NCBI GenBank assembly: GCA_029038705.1
Contig: GCA_029038705.1_4346.1
Length of the DNA stretch: 44,263 nt
Strand: one strand, 5' to 3'
DNA from: a phage
Below are positions 26,746 through 35,432 of this stretch, piece after piece. The notes beneath the pieces are model-generated. The model ran no database searches. It saw nothing but the letters and a program-made list of their open reading frames with translations, and was not told the origin of the DNA. Position 1 is the first letter of the stretch, and each line of letters starts with the position of its first letter. The position numbers and the translations under genes were made by a program.

Positions 26746-27072
26746 ATGCGTAAATTAATCATAGCCATGGGTCTTATTTCTTTTTGCGCGGTAGGGTCCC
26801 AGTGTGAGCAAGTATATAGTGAAACCCCTTTAGTAACTTCCGGGGTGCTTGATTCAGCCCCTCCGTCTGCCGTTAGTGCGTTTAAAACCGCTGCTATTCG
26901 CGAATGTAATGCTGCCGTGCGCGCTGGCGGGTCTGGCCTTGGTCTTGAATTGATGACATCCCTTGTTGTTGAGTCTGTAGATGTTAACAGCCCCACTTTC
27001 AGCAGCCTACTGTTAGCCACTCGTTTGCAAATGGTTACAACCGGATGGTCAATAGGCGCAGAAAGTAAATAG
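26746..27072 (+). CDS. Hypothetical small secreted protein (N-terminal signal peptide)
   Basis: 108 aa; MRKLIIAMGLISFCAVGSQC signal-like start (no canonical lipobox); AAGGAA RBS. The antisense ORF 26724..27020 is judged spurious. Confidence 0.45.
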   Translation: MRKLIIAMGLISFCAVGSQCEQVYSETPLVTSGVLDSAPPSAVSAFKTAAIRECNAAVRAGGSGLGLELMTSLVVESVDVNSPTFSSLLLATRLQMVTTGWSIGAESK

Positions 27073-27137
27073 TTGCCTTTATTTAAAGGAATGCACTGTG
27101 GTTAAATAGGACAAATCCTAAACACGAGGAAATAGGC

Positions 27138-28292
27138 ATGGCCCAGAAGAAAATAACCGACGAACAGTTACAGGAAGAATTGAACGCTGGGATGAAGAAT
27201 ATCGACATTGCTCGTAAATACGGCATCTCAGACCGCGTTATTCGTATCCGTAAAGCGAAACTAGCGAAGAAAGGCGTAGGCCACGGGCGTGACGTTAGCC
27301 ACCTTGTGCCGGACGGCTACAAGATTAAGGGTACATCGTCTCTGGTTGATGAGTTAGGCAACACTAAACTGCAATGGGTTAAGACCGACACCGATGCGGA
27401 ACGTCAGGTCGAGTTAATGAAAGCCGTTGTGGACGAGATGAAAAAAGATTTACCCAAGTATAAGCCAGTCACTTTGGCCAAAAATGGGACAGATGACGAC
27501 TTATTAAATCTTTACACAATAACAGACCATCACATAGGGATGTTGGCGTGTCAAGAAGAAGGCGGGGATGATTACGACACCACAATCGCGGAATCTCTCG
27601 CGGTTGACTGGTTCAACAGTGCGGTTTGTATGAGTCCACAGAGTGGTGAATGTATCATTAACTTCTTAGGGGACCAAATGCACTACGACGGCATGAAGGC
27701 AATGACCCCTATGAGCGGTCATATTCTTTCAGCGGATAGTCGCCTGTTTAAAATGATACGCACGGCCATTAAGGTTATCAAGCTGGCTGTCTCACTGTGC
27801 TTGCGAAAACACAAGAAGGTTAAACTTCTTATCTGTGAAGGTAACCACGACCTTAGTTCTTCTCTGTGGCTCCGGGAGATGTTCTACGAGGTATACACAA
27901 ATGAGCCTCGCGTCGAGGTTAACCGGGAGGTGTCACCGTATTATGCGTACAAGTTCGGGGATTGTATGATTTCAGCACATCACGGGCATTGTTCTAACTT
28001 TGCTAAGGTAGAGCAGGCTATAATCGGTAAGTACCGGGAGATGTACGGGCGGTGTAAGTTCACATATGTCCATACGGGGCACCTCCATCACAGGGCGGTT
28101 AAAGAGACTAATCTGCTAATTGTTGAGCAACACCAGACATTAGCGGCTAAAGATGAGTATTCTAGTAAGGGCGGCTATTATTCAGGTAGAAGCGCAAATG
28201 TGATTACATACCACAAACGTTACGGGGAGGTGTCCCGCATAAGTATACCTGTCGAAATGCTGCGAGACATAAACCCAAAATCGACATACTAA
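27138..28292 (+). CDS. HTH domain fused to a calcineurin-like metallophosphoesterase
   Basis: 384 aa. N-terminal NIDIARKYGISDRVIRIRKAKL (HTH-like). Phosphoesterase motifs in canonical order: TDHHIG, GDQMHYDG, EGNHD, HHGH, HTGHLHH. Confidence 0.65.
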   Translation: MAQKKITDEQLQEELNAGMKNIDIARKYGISDRVIRIRKAKLAKKGVGHGRDVSHLVPDGYKIKGTSSLVDELGNTKLQWVKTDTDAERQVELMKAVVDEMKKDLPKYKPVTLAKNGTDDDLLNLYTITDHHIGMLACQEEGGDDYDTTIAESLAVDWFNSAVCMSPQSGECIINFLGDQMHYDGMKAMTPMSGHILSADSRLFKMIRTAIKVIKLAVSLCLRKHKKVKLLICEGNHDLSSSLWLREMFYEVYTNEPRVEVNREVSPYYAYKFGDCMISAHHGHCSNFAKVEQAIIGKYREMYGRCKFTYVHTGHLHHRAVKETNLLIVEQHQTLAAKDEYSSKGGYYSGRSANVITYHKRYGEVSRISIPVEMLRDINPKSTY

Positions 28293-28307
28293 AATATAGG
28301 TGAAAGT

Positions 28308-28808
28308 ATGGATTGGAGTGAGGTTTTTAGCTACAAAAATGGCGTCCTATACTGGAAAGTCAAATCATGTCGCCGTAACGATGTGAATATAGGTGATGTG
28401 GCCGGGAGTTTGTGTAAAAACGGCTATTGGTATGTCATGTTTGGTAACCGTAAGTTTAAAAGGTCGAGGGTGGTGTATGAGATGTTCTCAGGTAAGATTC
28501 CAAAAGGATTTGTCATAGACCATACTAACCATGATACCTGTGACGACAGAATTGAAAACCTGTCATGCAAATCTAGAAGGGACAACATGGTTAACGTGAA
28601 AAGGCGCAAAGATAATACCTCTGGAGTTACGGGTGTGGCGCGGAAAGGAAAAACTAAGTGGAGAGCTTATGCCGTTGTCAACGGTAAGCAGATTAGTAAA
28701 ACATTTGACAGAATAGAGGACGCTTTCGCTGAAAGAATTTACATGTCTGTGGCTAATAGGTTTCACATAAATCATGGACTGACAACATTCAACAACGGTT
28801 ATAAATAG
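28308..28808 (+). CDS. HNH homing endonuclease with AP2-like domain (paralogue of 13912..14409)
   Basis: GFVIDHTNHDTCDDRIENL...(HNH) and SGVTGVARKGKTKWRAYAVVNGKQISKTF (AP2-like). Confidence 0.8.
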   Translation: MDWSEVFSYKNGVLYWKVKSCRRNDVNIGDVAGSLCKNGYWYVMFGNRKFKRSRVVYEMFSGKIPKGFVIDHTNHDTCDDRIENLSCKSRRDNMVNVKRRKDNTSGVTGVARKGKTKWRAYAVVNGKQISKTFDRIEDAFAERIYMSVANRFHINHGLTTFNNGYK

Positions 28809-28817
28809 GGTGTAGAG

Positions 28818-29111
28818 ATGACTTCAAAATACAACCGCACAATGACAAACACTCACGGCAGCACCATGACAGTAGACGTTTATGATGTGCTCCGTGCTTT
28901 CGATATCCGTGACCCGGCGCTACAGCATGCGTTAAAGAAGTTATTGTGCATGGGCTTGCGCGGACACAAGGACACCGGAACCGACTTAGCAGAAGCAATT
29001 GAAAGTCTGGAGAAGTTACGGGAATACCGAAGCAATATTGATGAGTTAAAATATTATGAAAACAATATATGTAATCCGAGTATACGACGAAGAATGGGAC
29101 GAGTGGGTTGA
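28818..29111 (+). CDS. Hypothetical protein
   Basis: 97 aa ORF. An overlapping alternative 53 aa ORF (29056..29217) exists; the true 3' end is uncertain. Confidence 0.4.
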   Translation: MTSKYNRTMTNTHGSTMTVDVYDVLRAFDIRDPALQHALKKLLCMGLRGHKDTGTDLAEAIESLEKLREYRSNIDELKYYENNICNPSIRRRMGRVG

Positions 29112-29213
29112 TATTTATGCCGTTAGTAGTAAGGAAGAGGCCTCTAAAGAAATGACAGAACGAAGGGACCGAGGCCAGTTAACTAACTTCTACGAAATGC
29201 CGTTCAAAAGTGA

Positions 29214-29248
29214 GTAAGAAAAGGCCCCTTTCGGGGCCTTAGTTTTAT
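29214..29248. terminator. Bidirectional terminator between the plus-strand cassette and the major tail gene
   Basis: AAGGCCCC-TTTC-GGGGCCTT with T-rich flanks on both strands. Confidence 0.6.
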
Positions 29249-30417
29249 GCGTAACTAATACGTTGAATTACGATAGACGACTGATACTGGTTGCCTGTGG
29301 ACTGCCCTTCTATACTTTGGGTAATTGACTCAGGCCCGCCAATCTCAGGTGTAACCGCCGTGAGTTCTGCGCGTTTCAAACTAAAAGACATAGCCCCGTT
29401 TACCCCCGCCAGAATAGAGTTAATCTCCACCTGCTGTTCGTTGATAAACTTCTGAATCATAGCCATGTCGTACAGCTTGCCGGAGATGGAGAAGGTGTTA
29501 GCCGCGCGGCTACGTTCCACAAACGCTACGTTAGTGTTGCCGAGTTCGAACTGCGCCGACGCGCTGTTGTCGTTGGTGATGGTCAGGCTGTCGCAACGCA
29601 ACGGCGTAGAACCGTCGAACACAGAAACATCGACCGAGGAGAATGGCTCGGCACCAAACGTAACAGAGGAGAAATCAGAACCAGACGGCTGCGTGGTGAG
29701 AATCTCCTGACTGCGACCGATGAACGGGAAGCTGCCAGTTACCATCGCGTTAACAGCCTGTTCGATGGTAAAACCAGAAACTTCCACGCCTTTGGTTAAC
29801 GTGTACGCGTCAGTACCGCCGCACTGGCCTTTGTACCAGGTAAGGATAGAGAACGTCTTACACGCGTTACCGGTTTCCAACGTGTCGCCAGTTTTAGCCT
29901 TACTAGTTTTTGTCTCGGTGGTCAGGGTGTGTTGGATGCCCGCACCAGTAACAACCGTAGCCTTTACTGCAGTAACAATAAATGGTTTTGCGTTATCGCC
30001 TGTTAAATCGGTAAACGCAATCAGGTCGCCTACCCCAACTCCGTCAGTGATAAAACTGCCGGTAGCGCGTGTGAACGTCTTGCCCGCGGGTGCGACGGTA
30101 ATCGATAGTCCTGACAGGGAAACGCCGGATTGCCACGTAGAGCCTAAAGCCCCGGCTAACCAGTCGTCCTGACTTTTAGAGCTAAGCTCAATAGCGTATT
30201 CTCCGCTAACCTGCTTGTTACCGGTGCGGATGGATGTGGTTTCTCGGCTGCCGTCAAGTTCGTTGGAGGTCAGCGTGTCGCGGGTAATGGCAGGAACGCC
30301 GCCCGTGTTGCGCAACGGCGACCATACCGGGTTAGCCGGTGTTACGCCCGGGGTAGTTTCTGCCACATAGAATTGCGCAGTATTCGCGCCCTTAAAAGGA
30401 GTTGTAGCCATATTCAC
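29245..30417 (-). CDS. Major tail (tube) protein
   Basis: 390 aa, Thr/Ser/Gly-rich; positioned between connector genes and chaperones. Confidence 0.6.
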   Translation of the reverse strand: MNMATTPFKGANTAQFYVAETTPGVTPANPVWSPLRNTGGVPAITRDTLTSNELDGSRETTSIRTGNKQVSGEYAIELSSKSQDDWLAGALGSTWQSGVSLSGLSITVAPAGKTFTRATGSFITDGVGVGDLIAFTDLTGDNAKPFIVTAVKATVVTGAGIQHTLTTETKTSKAKTGDTLETGNACKTFSILTWYKGQCGGTDAYTLTKGVEVSGFTIEQAVNAMVTGSFPFIGRSQEILTTQPSGSDFSSVTFGAEPFSSVDVSVFDGSTPLRCDSLTITNDNSASAQFELGNTNVAFVERSRAANTFSISGKLYDMAMIQKFINEQQVEINSILAGVNGAMSFSLKRAELTAVTPEIGGPESITQSIEGQSTGNQYQSSIVIQRISYA

Positions 30418-30830
30418 AGCCTCTTGGTGAATGCAATAAAGTTAATTGACAATGGCCGTTTGGCCCATCCGTTTTCTACAATCAGCGGCCCCAGGCTTAC
30501 CGATTGAACCTCGGCGCAGATGTCGTTACGCGAAAATGACTTACCTGCTTTAAACACCGTGTTAAGTAAGTCTGCCATTTTATTGATTGGCGCGCTACCT
30601 TTCACCGATGCGTAGTTAATGTCTACCTGATAAATACCAGAGCGTTGTTCCGTGAAGAACAAATCCGCCTGCTCGGTATCCGCAAGTAACATGTAGCTCG
30701 CCAGATACGGCGTATCGGTTGACGTCGGCGCGTCGATGTTTTCAAGCGCAACCTTGATGCCGTTGGCGGTTCCGAAGGCTACCAGCGGCGCATCAAACGC
30801 TTTTGTTAAGTCCTCAAAGTAGCCCATCAT
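30414..30830 (-). CDS. Tail completion / tail terminator-like protein
   Basis: 138 aa; position immediately upstream of the major tail gene. Confidence 0.4.
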   Translation of the reverse strand: MMGYFEDLTKAFDAPLVAFGTANGIKVALENIDAPTSTDTPYLASYMLLADTEQADLFFTEQRSGIYQVDINYASVKGSAPINKMADLLNTVFKAGKSFSRNDICAEVQSVSLGPLIVENGWAKRPLSINFIAFTKRL

Positions 30831-31222
30831 TTCACCTTGTTGGCTTCTTCGTTAATGAGTTGCTGGAAGCGGGACACATTAGCCCTGACAACCCCGGCAG
30901 GGGCCTGTTGCGACCAGCCATACTCCAGCCGTTGTGCATACGGCAGATTATTTGTCAGCGTGAACTCGCGCCAGTCGGCGGCTTTCAGTACGAAACTCGT
31001 GGCGTTTCCGGTTGCCGTGTTTCCTGATTTATCCCTAGCGTCCGTAATCCCGGAAGCAGGTGTACCCCCAGACGCCATCCAGTTCATACGGAATCGGCCT
31101 GTATCTACCGGACTCGCCTTTATGATAGCGGAAAACAGCTTGATAGACACCTGACGCATCACCTTCTCAGGGTTCTTCTTCGCCTTTTCCACGAACTTAG
31201 ATACATCAAGCGTGAAACTCAT
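30827..31222 (-). CDS. Head-tail connector protein (HK97 gp10-like)
   Basis: 131 aa; PVDTGRFRMNW resembles the DTGxLRxS motif of the gp10 family. Confidence 0.5.
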   Translation of the reverse strand: MSFTLDVSKFVEKAKKNPEKVMRQVSIKLFSAIIKASPVDTGRFRMNWMASGGTPASGITDARDKSGNTATGNATSFVLKAADWREFTLTNNLPYAQRLEYGWSQQAPAGVVRANVSRFQQLINEEANKVK

Positions 31223-31632
31223 TTTCTCACCTGGATAAAGTAGGCCACGACATCATCATTAACCATCTTCTTTTCAATGGCTACGACAGACCATTGCTCA
31301 CCGCTGAATTGTACCTTGTCTGCCATCTTAGGAACGACGCTGTAATCGGCTTTGACAATCATGTCACCGGCCCGAATAGTCGTACCGTTAACCAGCCCCG
31401 CGTTTACCGGAACCGGAACCGCTTTCAACGGCAACACTTCATCCGCAGACCAGACGTACTCACCGAGAACTTCATCCCACACTTTCGAGCCAGCGCGAAT
31501 CAGAGATACCGTGCTACCGAATTTGGTTAGAAGGCGTGTACCAACGCCTTGCATACGTTTACTGAAAGCGGTGCTCATTACGCTGCCTCCAGTCTCGAGA
31601 TAACCAGTAATGCGGATGGTGCTGTACCCCAT
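31219..31632 (-). CDS. Head-tail joining / head closure protein (probable)
   Basis: 137 aa; gene order. Confidence 0.4.
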   Translation of the reverse strand: MGYSTIRITGYLETGGSVMSTAFSKRMQGVGTRLLTKFGSTVSLIRAGSKVWDEVLGEYVWSADEVLPLKAVPVPVNAGLVNGTTIRAGDMIVKADYSVVPKMADKVQFSGEQWSVVAIEKKMVNDDVVAYFIQVRK

Positions 31633-32192
31633 GCGGTTACAGTAGCCTGTTGCGGGTATACGCCACCGTAGTTGCTCCCGGCGCTATCTCGCATAATCTG
31701 AACAGCAAACGTCTGGCCTGCGGCGGGGTTAATAACGACGCGAGATTCAATCGGGATTGTGGTGTCTGCGCTTACCAGTTTCGTGGCGGCGGGCGAGCCG
31801 TACTGAGCGCCGTTTACTAAAATACGTGATAGAAGGATGGATGTCCCACTAGCGCCAGTACGCCCCGCCTGTAACTTGATGCGAACGGCGTAGTTACCCG
31901 CGGTGTTGAATGTAACAAGCCCCGCGGCATTAATCATTACCGGGTTAGACGCGCTTCCCTGGGCAGCACCGAAAGTTATTTGCAATGCTGTACCCACTGC
32001 GGATGGTGCTCGTGCTACTGTCGACGCGGCACGGAGAACTTCAACCTCTTTAACCCCCGGAGTGGCATAGATAGGCGAGTCGGCCATCTGTGTCATTACC
32101 TCGCGCAACGCTGCGGGGGTAATAAGCCCAGTGGTATTATCGGGGAGATTTGCGCCGATAAGAGTAAACATCTCTGATTTAGTCTTAGCCAT
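31578..32192 (-). CDS. Hypothetical structural protein
   Basis: 204 aa; overlaps the downstream gene by about 55 nt. Confidence 0.45.
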   Translation of the reverse strand: MAKTKSEMFTLIGANLPDNTTGLITPAALREVMTQMADSPIYATPGVKEVEVLRAASTVARAPSAVGTALQITFGAAQGSASNPVMINAAGLVTFNTAGNYAVRIKLQAGRTGASGTSILLSRILVNGAQYGSPAATKLVSADTTIPIESRVVINPAAGQTFAVQIMRDSAGSNYGGVYPQQATVTAWGTAPSALLVISRLEAA

Positions 32193-32194
32193 TT

Positions 32195-32707
32195 TTAACC
32201 CCGGTACACATTAAATGAGAAGCCGTTGTTAAGACCGCCGCACAGTAACGGACGTAGGGCGTCGTCCGCAGCTGTTATCGCGGTTGTAGCGCCACTGCTG
32301 CCGTTGTTGAAGTAGGTCACTGTCACCGCGCCCTCGACACGCTCTGTCTGCACGGAGCGACCATCTGAGTTAGCCCGCACTTCCGTACCTGCGCCATATG
32401 TAACCGCAGCGATTACCTGCGCAAGAATCACCTGTTTTGGGATGGCATTGTTCGATACAGGGAACCCGTTCAATGTTACGCCGGTGCGTGGGTACGCAAG
32501 AGACTGTTCAGCGGATACGCGACGACCGCACATCTGCGGTTCTGCAAGCCCGACATAAGTAACACCATTACGCAAGGCCACCTCGGCGGCAGTATCATCC
32601 GCGGGCAACTCCAGACCATAATTAGCTGCTAACGCGCGGGCGTCAGCCAGACTAATGTAACTGTCGGCATTCTGGACTATTGCCCCCGTTTCCACGATTA
32701 GCGGCAT
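32195..32707 (-). CDS. Hypothetical structural protein
   Basis: 170 aa ORF. Confidence 0.45.
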   Translation of the reverse strand: MPLIVETGAIVQNADSYISLADARALAANYGLELPADDTAAEVALRNGVTYVGLAEPQMCGRRVSAEQSLAYPRTGVTLNGFPVSNNAIPKQVILAQVIAAVTYGAGTEVRANSDGRSVQTERVEGAVTVTYFNNGSSGATTAITAADDALRPLLCGGLNNGFSFNVYRG

Positions 32708-32710
32708 AAA

Positions 32711-32890
32711 TTATTCCTCTGACTTACGGCGACGGCGCTTAGCACCACCGCCGTTGTTGTGCGCTTCTTCGTTGTCTGGTTGAGTCGCAACCAGTTCATC
32801 CGCGTCTACAACACCGCGAACAGGCATCACCTGACCATCAACAACATCAACGTGAGTGTACTTTTCACGGATTACATAATTATCTGCCAT
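32711..32890 (-). CDS. Hypothetical small protein with basic C-terminus
   Basis: 59 aa (MADNYVIREKYTHVD...KRRRRKSEE). Confidence 0.3.
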   Translation of the reverse strand: MADNYVIREKYTHVDVVDGQVMPVRGVVDADELVATQPDNEEAHNNGGGAKRRRRKSEE

Positions 32891-32926
32891 GACCTTTCCT
32901 TATTATGGCCCCGAAGGGCCGTTGTA

Positions 32927-33271
32927 TTAAGACACAGTTGCTACAGTGCTGCTGGAGATAATATTACCATACGCATCGTGAACAACCACTTTATACGTGC
33001 CGGAGTCGGTAGTAGCGACAGTAGTGGACTTGGTGTACGTAGCTGCGGTAGCGCCGGCGATGGCGTTGTTATTCTTATACCACTGGTAAGAATATGGCTC
33101 CAGACCGCCAGTTACCGCAACGGCGAGAGTCAATGCGGCGGGTGCGGTAACCTCGGTAGTAGCGTTAAGTGGGGTAGAAAAAGACGCAGGAGAAATAGTC
33201 TCCATGTCAATCTTAGCGCCCGGGGCGTCAGCGGAGACGCCGGTGATGCGTCGTTTCAATACGTCTGCCAT
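32927..33271 (-). CDS. Ig-like domain protein (candidate capsid decoration)
   Basis: 114 aa; YSYQWYKNN...SGTYKVVVHDAYGN is the bacterial Ig-like pattern; directly downstream of the major capsid gene. Confidence 0.5.
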   Translation of the reverse strand: MADVLKRRITGVSADAPGAKIDMETISPASFSTPLNATTEVTAPAALTLAVAVTGGLEPYSYQWYKNNNAIAGATAATYTKSTTVATTDSGTYKVVVHDAYGNIISSSTVATVS

Positions 33272-33332
33272 TGAGGGATCCTCTTAGTAAATGAAAAGAG
33301 GGACCGAAGTCCCTCTCGATTATAGCTTAACC

Positions 33333-34382
33333 TTAAGCACCTACACCAGTTACCAGGAAGGCAATAGGCACATGCTTACGTTCAACCACACGGTTCCAGT
33401 TGGAGGCGTTCGCCAGGTCCTGCCAGGAAGCGGAGCGCGGGGTAGTCTCGGTGCCGTTGCCAGTGATTACTGCGCTGGTGAAGCTGTAGCCCAGTGGGTG
33501 CAGTAACCAGGTCTTACGGGTCCACAAGGTTTCGACACCGCCACCATTGCCGCGGGACTCTTCGCGCTCATATGCCAGCGGATTTTTCGGGTTACCTTCG
33601 CCGTAACCGATAGCGCCGTTGCCGAAGATGATGGAGATAAACTTACGGCTCGGGCCTGTACCAACTACCGTCATGCTGTCATCAACAATCACGCGGTAGC
33701 CCTGGTAGGTGGCGAACAGGGTATCGTTGTCAGCGTTTTTGATGAAGTCAATAAGCTGCTGCTTACGGGCCTGCGCATAAACGAAGCTGTGCATCGCGAT
33801 AGCGCCCAGCACTTCACCGCCGTTGCCCATCAGCGCATCACCCATAGTCTGGGTAGCGTCGATGAACGCGCCCGCGTCGAAGCCTTTAGTAGCGGACACG
33901 TCGATCACCATGTCGTTCTGCTCGTGGTATGCGTCGGTAGCGGCCACGTTGTCATTGTACAGACCGAGCGCGGTGGCAATCAGACGGCGTTGTGCCTGGC
34001 GCTGCCAGAAGTTATCCAGGCGAGAAGCTACTGATTGCAGCGGGTTCTGGCTGGTCAGTTCGACAGTCAGGTCCGCCTGGCCGAAACCTTCGTTCAGGTA
34101 TGCAACGCGCGCCATCATCTCACCGGTCCGCACGTTACGCGGGGTAGCGATATCCTGGTATACGTCGTTCGAGTAGTTTGGCTCGATAGAGGTATCAATC
34201 GCTTTCCAGAAAGGAATATTAGCGATGTTGGACGGGCCGCGGGCAATCTCGGCAGCGTATGGGGTCGGGGTCAGAATACCAGACTGGAAGAACGCGGTTT
34301 TTTCTACCGGGTCCTCGGTCATATAAGACGCCAGGACCGGGATGTTGCCAGTTACGATATCGCCGATAGTAGTAATTGCCAT
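33333..34382 (-). CDS. Major capsid protein
   Basis: 349 aa; position after the scaffold gene; strong RBS. Fold not verified. Confidence 0.7.
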   Translation of the reverse strand: MAITTIGDIVTGNIPVLASYMTEDPVEKTAFFQSGILTPTPYAAEIARGPSNIANIPFWKAIDTSIEPNYSNDVYQDIATPRNVRTGEMMARVAYLNEGFGQADLTVELTSQNPLQSVASRLDNFWQRQAQRRLIATALGLYNDNVAATDAYHEQNDMVIDVSATKGFDAGAFIDATQTMGDALMGNGGEVLGAIAMHSFVYAQARKQQLIDFIKNADNDTLFATYQGYRVIVDDSMTVVGTGPSRKFISIIFGNGAIGYGEGNPKNPLAYEREESRGNGGGVETLWTRKTWLLHPLGYSFTSAVITGNGTETTPRSASWQDLANASNWNRVVERKHVPIAFLVTGVGA

Positions 34383-34384
34383 TA

Positions 34385-35140
34385 TTATTTCCTCAGGGCT
34401 TTAAGTTGCCGTTCAAATTCGGCAGGGTTCGATTTATACAGGGCTAAACGCTCTGCTTCACTCATGTCTTTAAACGCTGGTGCGGCCCCGCCGCCTTTGC
34501 CACCGGAAGCCCCGCCGCCGGAAGCTGCATTTGCTTTAATCAAATGCGAAAACGCTTTGTGTTCACGCAAATATTTACGGAACTGTTCCGGGTCAGTTGT
34601 GATTACATTGCCATCTGCGCCGACAAACTTAGTAACCACATCATCGCCTTCGAACTCAGTCTTAACGAACGGTGCAAGAATGTCTACTGCTTCAGGGGTG
34701 ATAAAGTCGCCCGCGAAAGAGCCTAACACCGCTTTACGTTCGCTGCCGAGGATGCGCTCTGCCATTTTGGAGATGCGACCATCTTTCTCAGCTAACACCG
34801 GGTCATACTGGCTACGAATCGTCTTTTCGAACTCGTCCATCTTACCAGCGGCTTTTAACGCCTCCTGGTGGGCACGCTGCCGTTCTTCTTCGGCCTCTTT
34901 TGCTTTACGAGCGGCTTCTTTCTTCTCCGCCAGCAACGCTTCCTGATTGGCCTTAAGCCCGGCTACTTCTTTCTCAATCAGCGCCTGAACTTCTTCAGCG
35001 GTGAACATTTTTGGCGCGTCACCGCCACCAGCTTTATCTTCTGCCCCAGCTTCTTCCTGGAACGGATAACGTAAAAAACGATTCATAGTCAGTATGTCCC
35101 CTGGACGTTGGAACCCGGGCCACCCGGATTTACATGTCAA
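34385..35140 (-). CDS. Scaffolding protein
   Basis: Coiled-coil, Ala/Glu/Lys-rich (EALLAEKKEAARKAKEAEEERQRAHQEALKAAGK). Real start may be the ATG at about 35086, which has GGGGA upstream. Confidence 0.55.
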   Translation of the reverse strand: MTCKSGWPGFQRPGDILTMNRFLRYPFQEEAGAEDKAGGGDAPKMFTAEEVQALIEKEVAGLKANQEALLAEKKEAARKAKEAEEERQRAHQEALKAAGKMDEFEKTIRSQYDPVLAEKDGRISKMAERILGSERKAVLGSFAGDFITPEAVDILAPFVKTEFEGDDVVTKFVGADGNVITTDPEQFRKYLREHKAFSHLIKANAASGGGASGGKGGGAAPAFKDMSEAERLALYKSNPAEFERQLKALRK

Positions 35141-35168
35141 GAATAAATTATTCCAACATGCAAGGCAA

Positions 35169-35432
35169 CTATTCCAGAATATTCCTCACGTAGTCCTGCA
35201 ACATGAACACTTTCAGCCTCAGTTGCCGTACGCATTCGGCGTTCTGAACGTCGATAGCCAAATCCTCGTCAGCGTCGTTACTTGGCGGAGCCAGTTTGCA
35301 CGGCGGCTGCATCATTGTCGTATCCGGGGATGGAATTAGCGTTTGCGACGGCGCTGGACTTGAGCAGGACGCGAGCATCGTCGAAAGTGCACACGCTGCG
35401 ACCAGGCGTTTTAATGTACTTAACGACTTCAC
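35169..35432 (-). CDS. Outer-membrane spanin (Rz1-like lipoprotein)
   Basis: 87 aa; signal peptide with lipobox LASC (MKSLSTLKRLVAACALSTMLASC), Pro-rich mature part; starts inside the i-spanin gene in another frame and extends past its stop. Confidence 0.7.
   Translation of the reverse strand: MKSLSTLKRLVAACALSTMLASCSSPAPSQTLIPSPDTTMMQPPCKLAPPSNDADEDLAIDVQNAECVRQLRLKVFMLQDYVRNILE

Noticed and set aside
26724-27020. 98 aa minus-strand ORF overlapping the secreted-protein gene
   Set aside because: The plus-strand ORF has a promoter, RBS and signal peptide; the minus ORF has none and would lie downstream of a strong opposing promoter.
34035-34946. 303 aa plus-strand ORF antisense to the scaffold and capsid genes
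   Set aside because: Ser/Ala/Arg-rich artefact of a GC-rich coiled-coil coding region.
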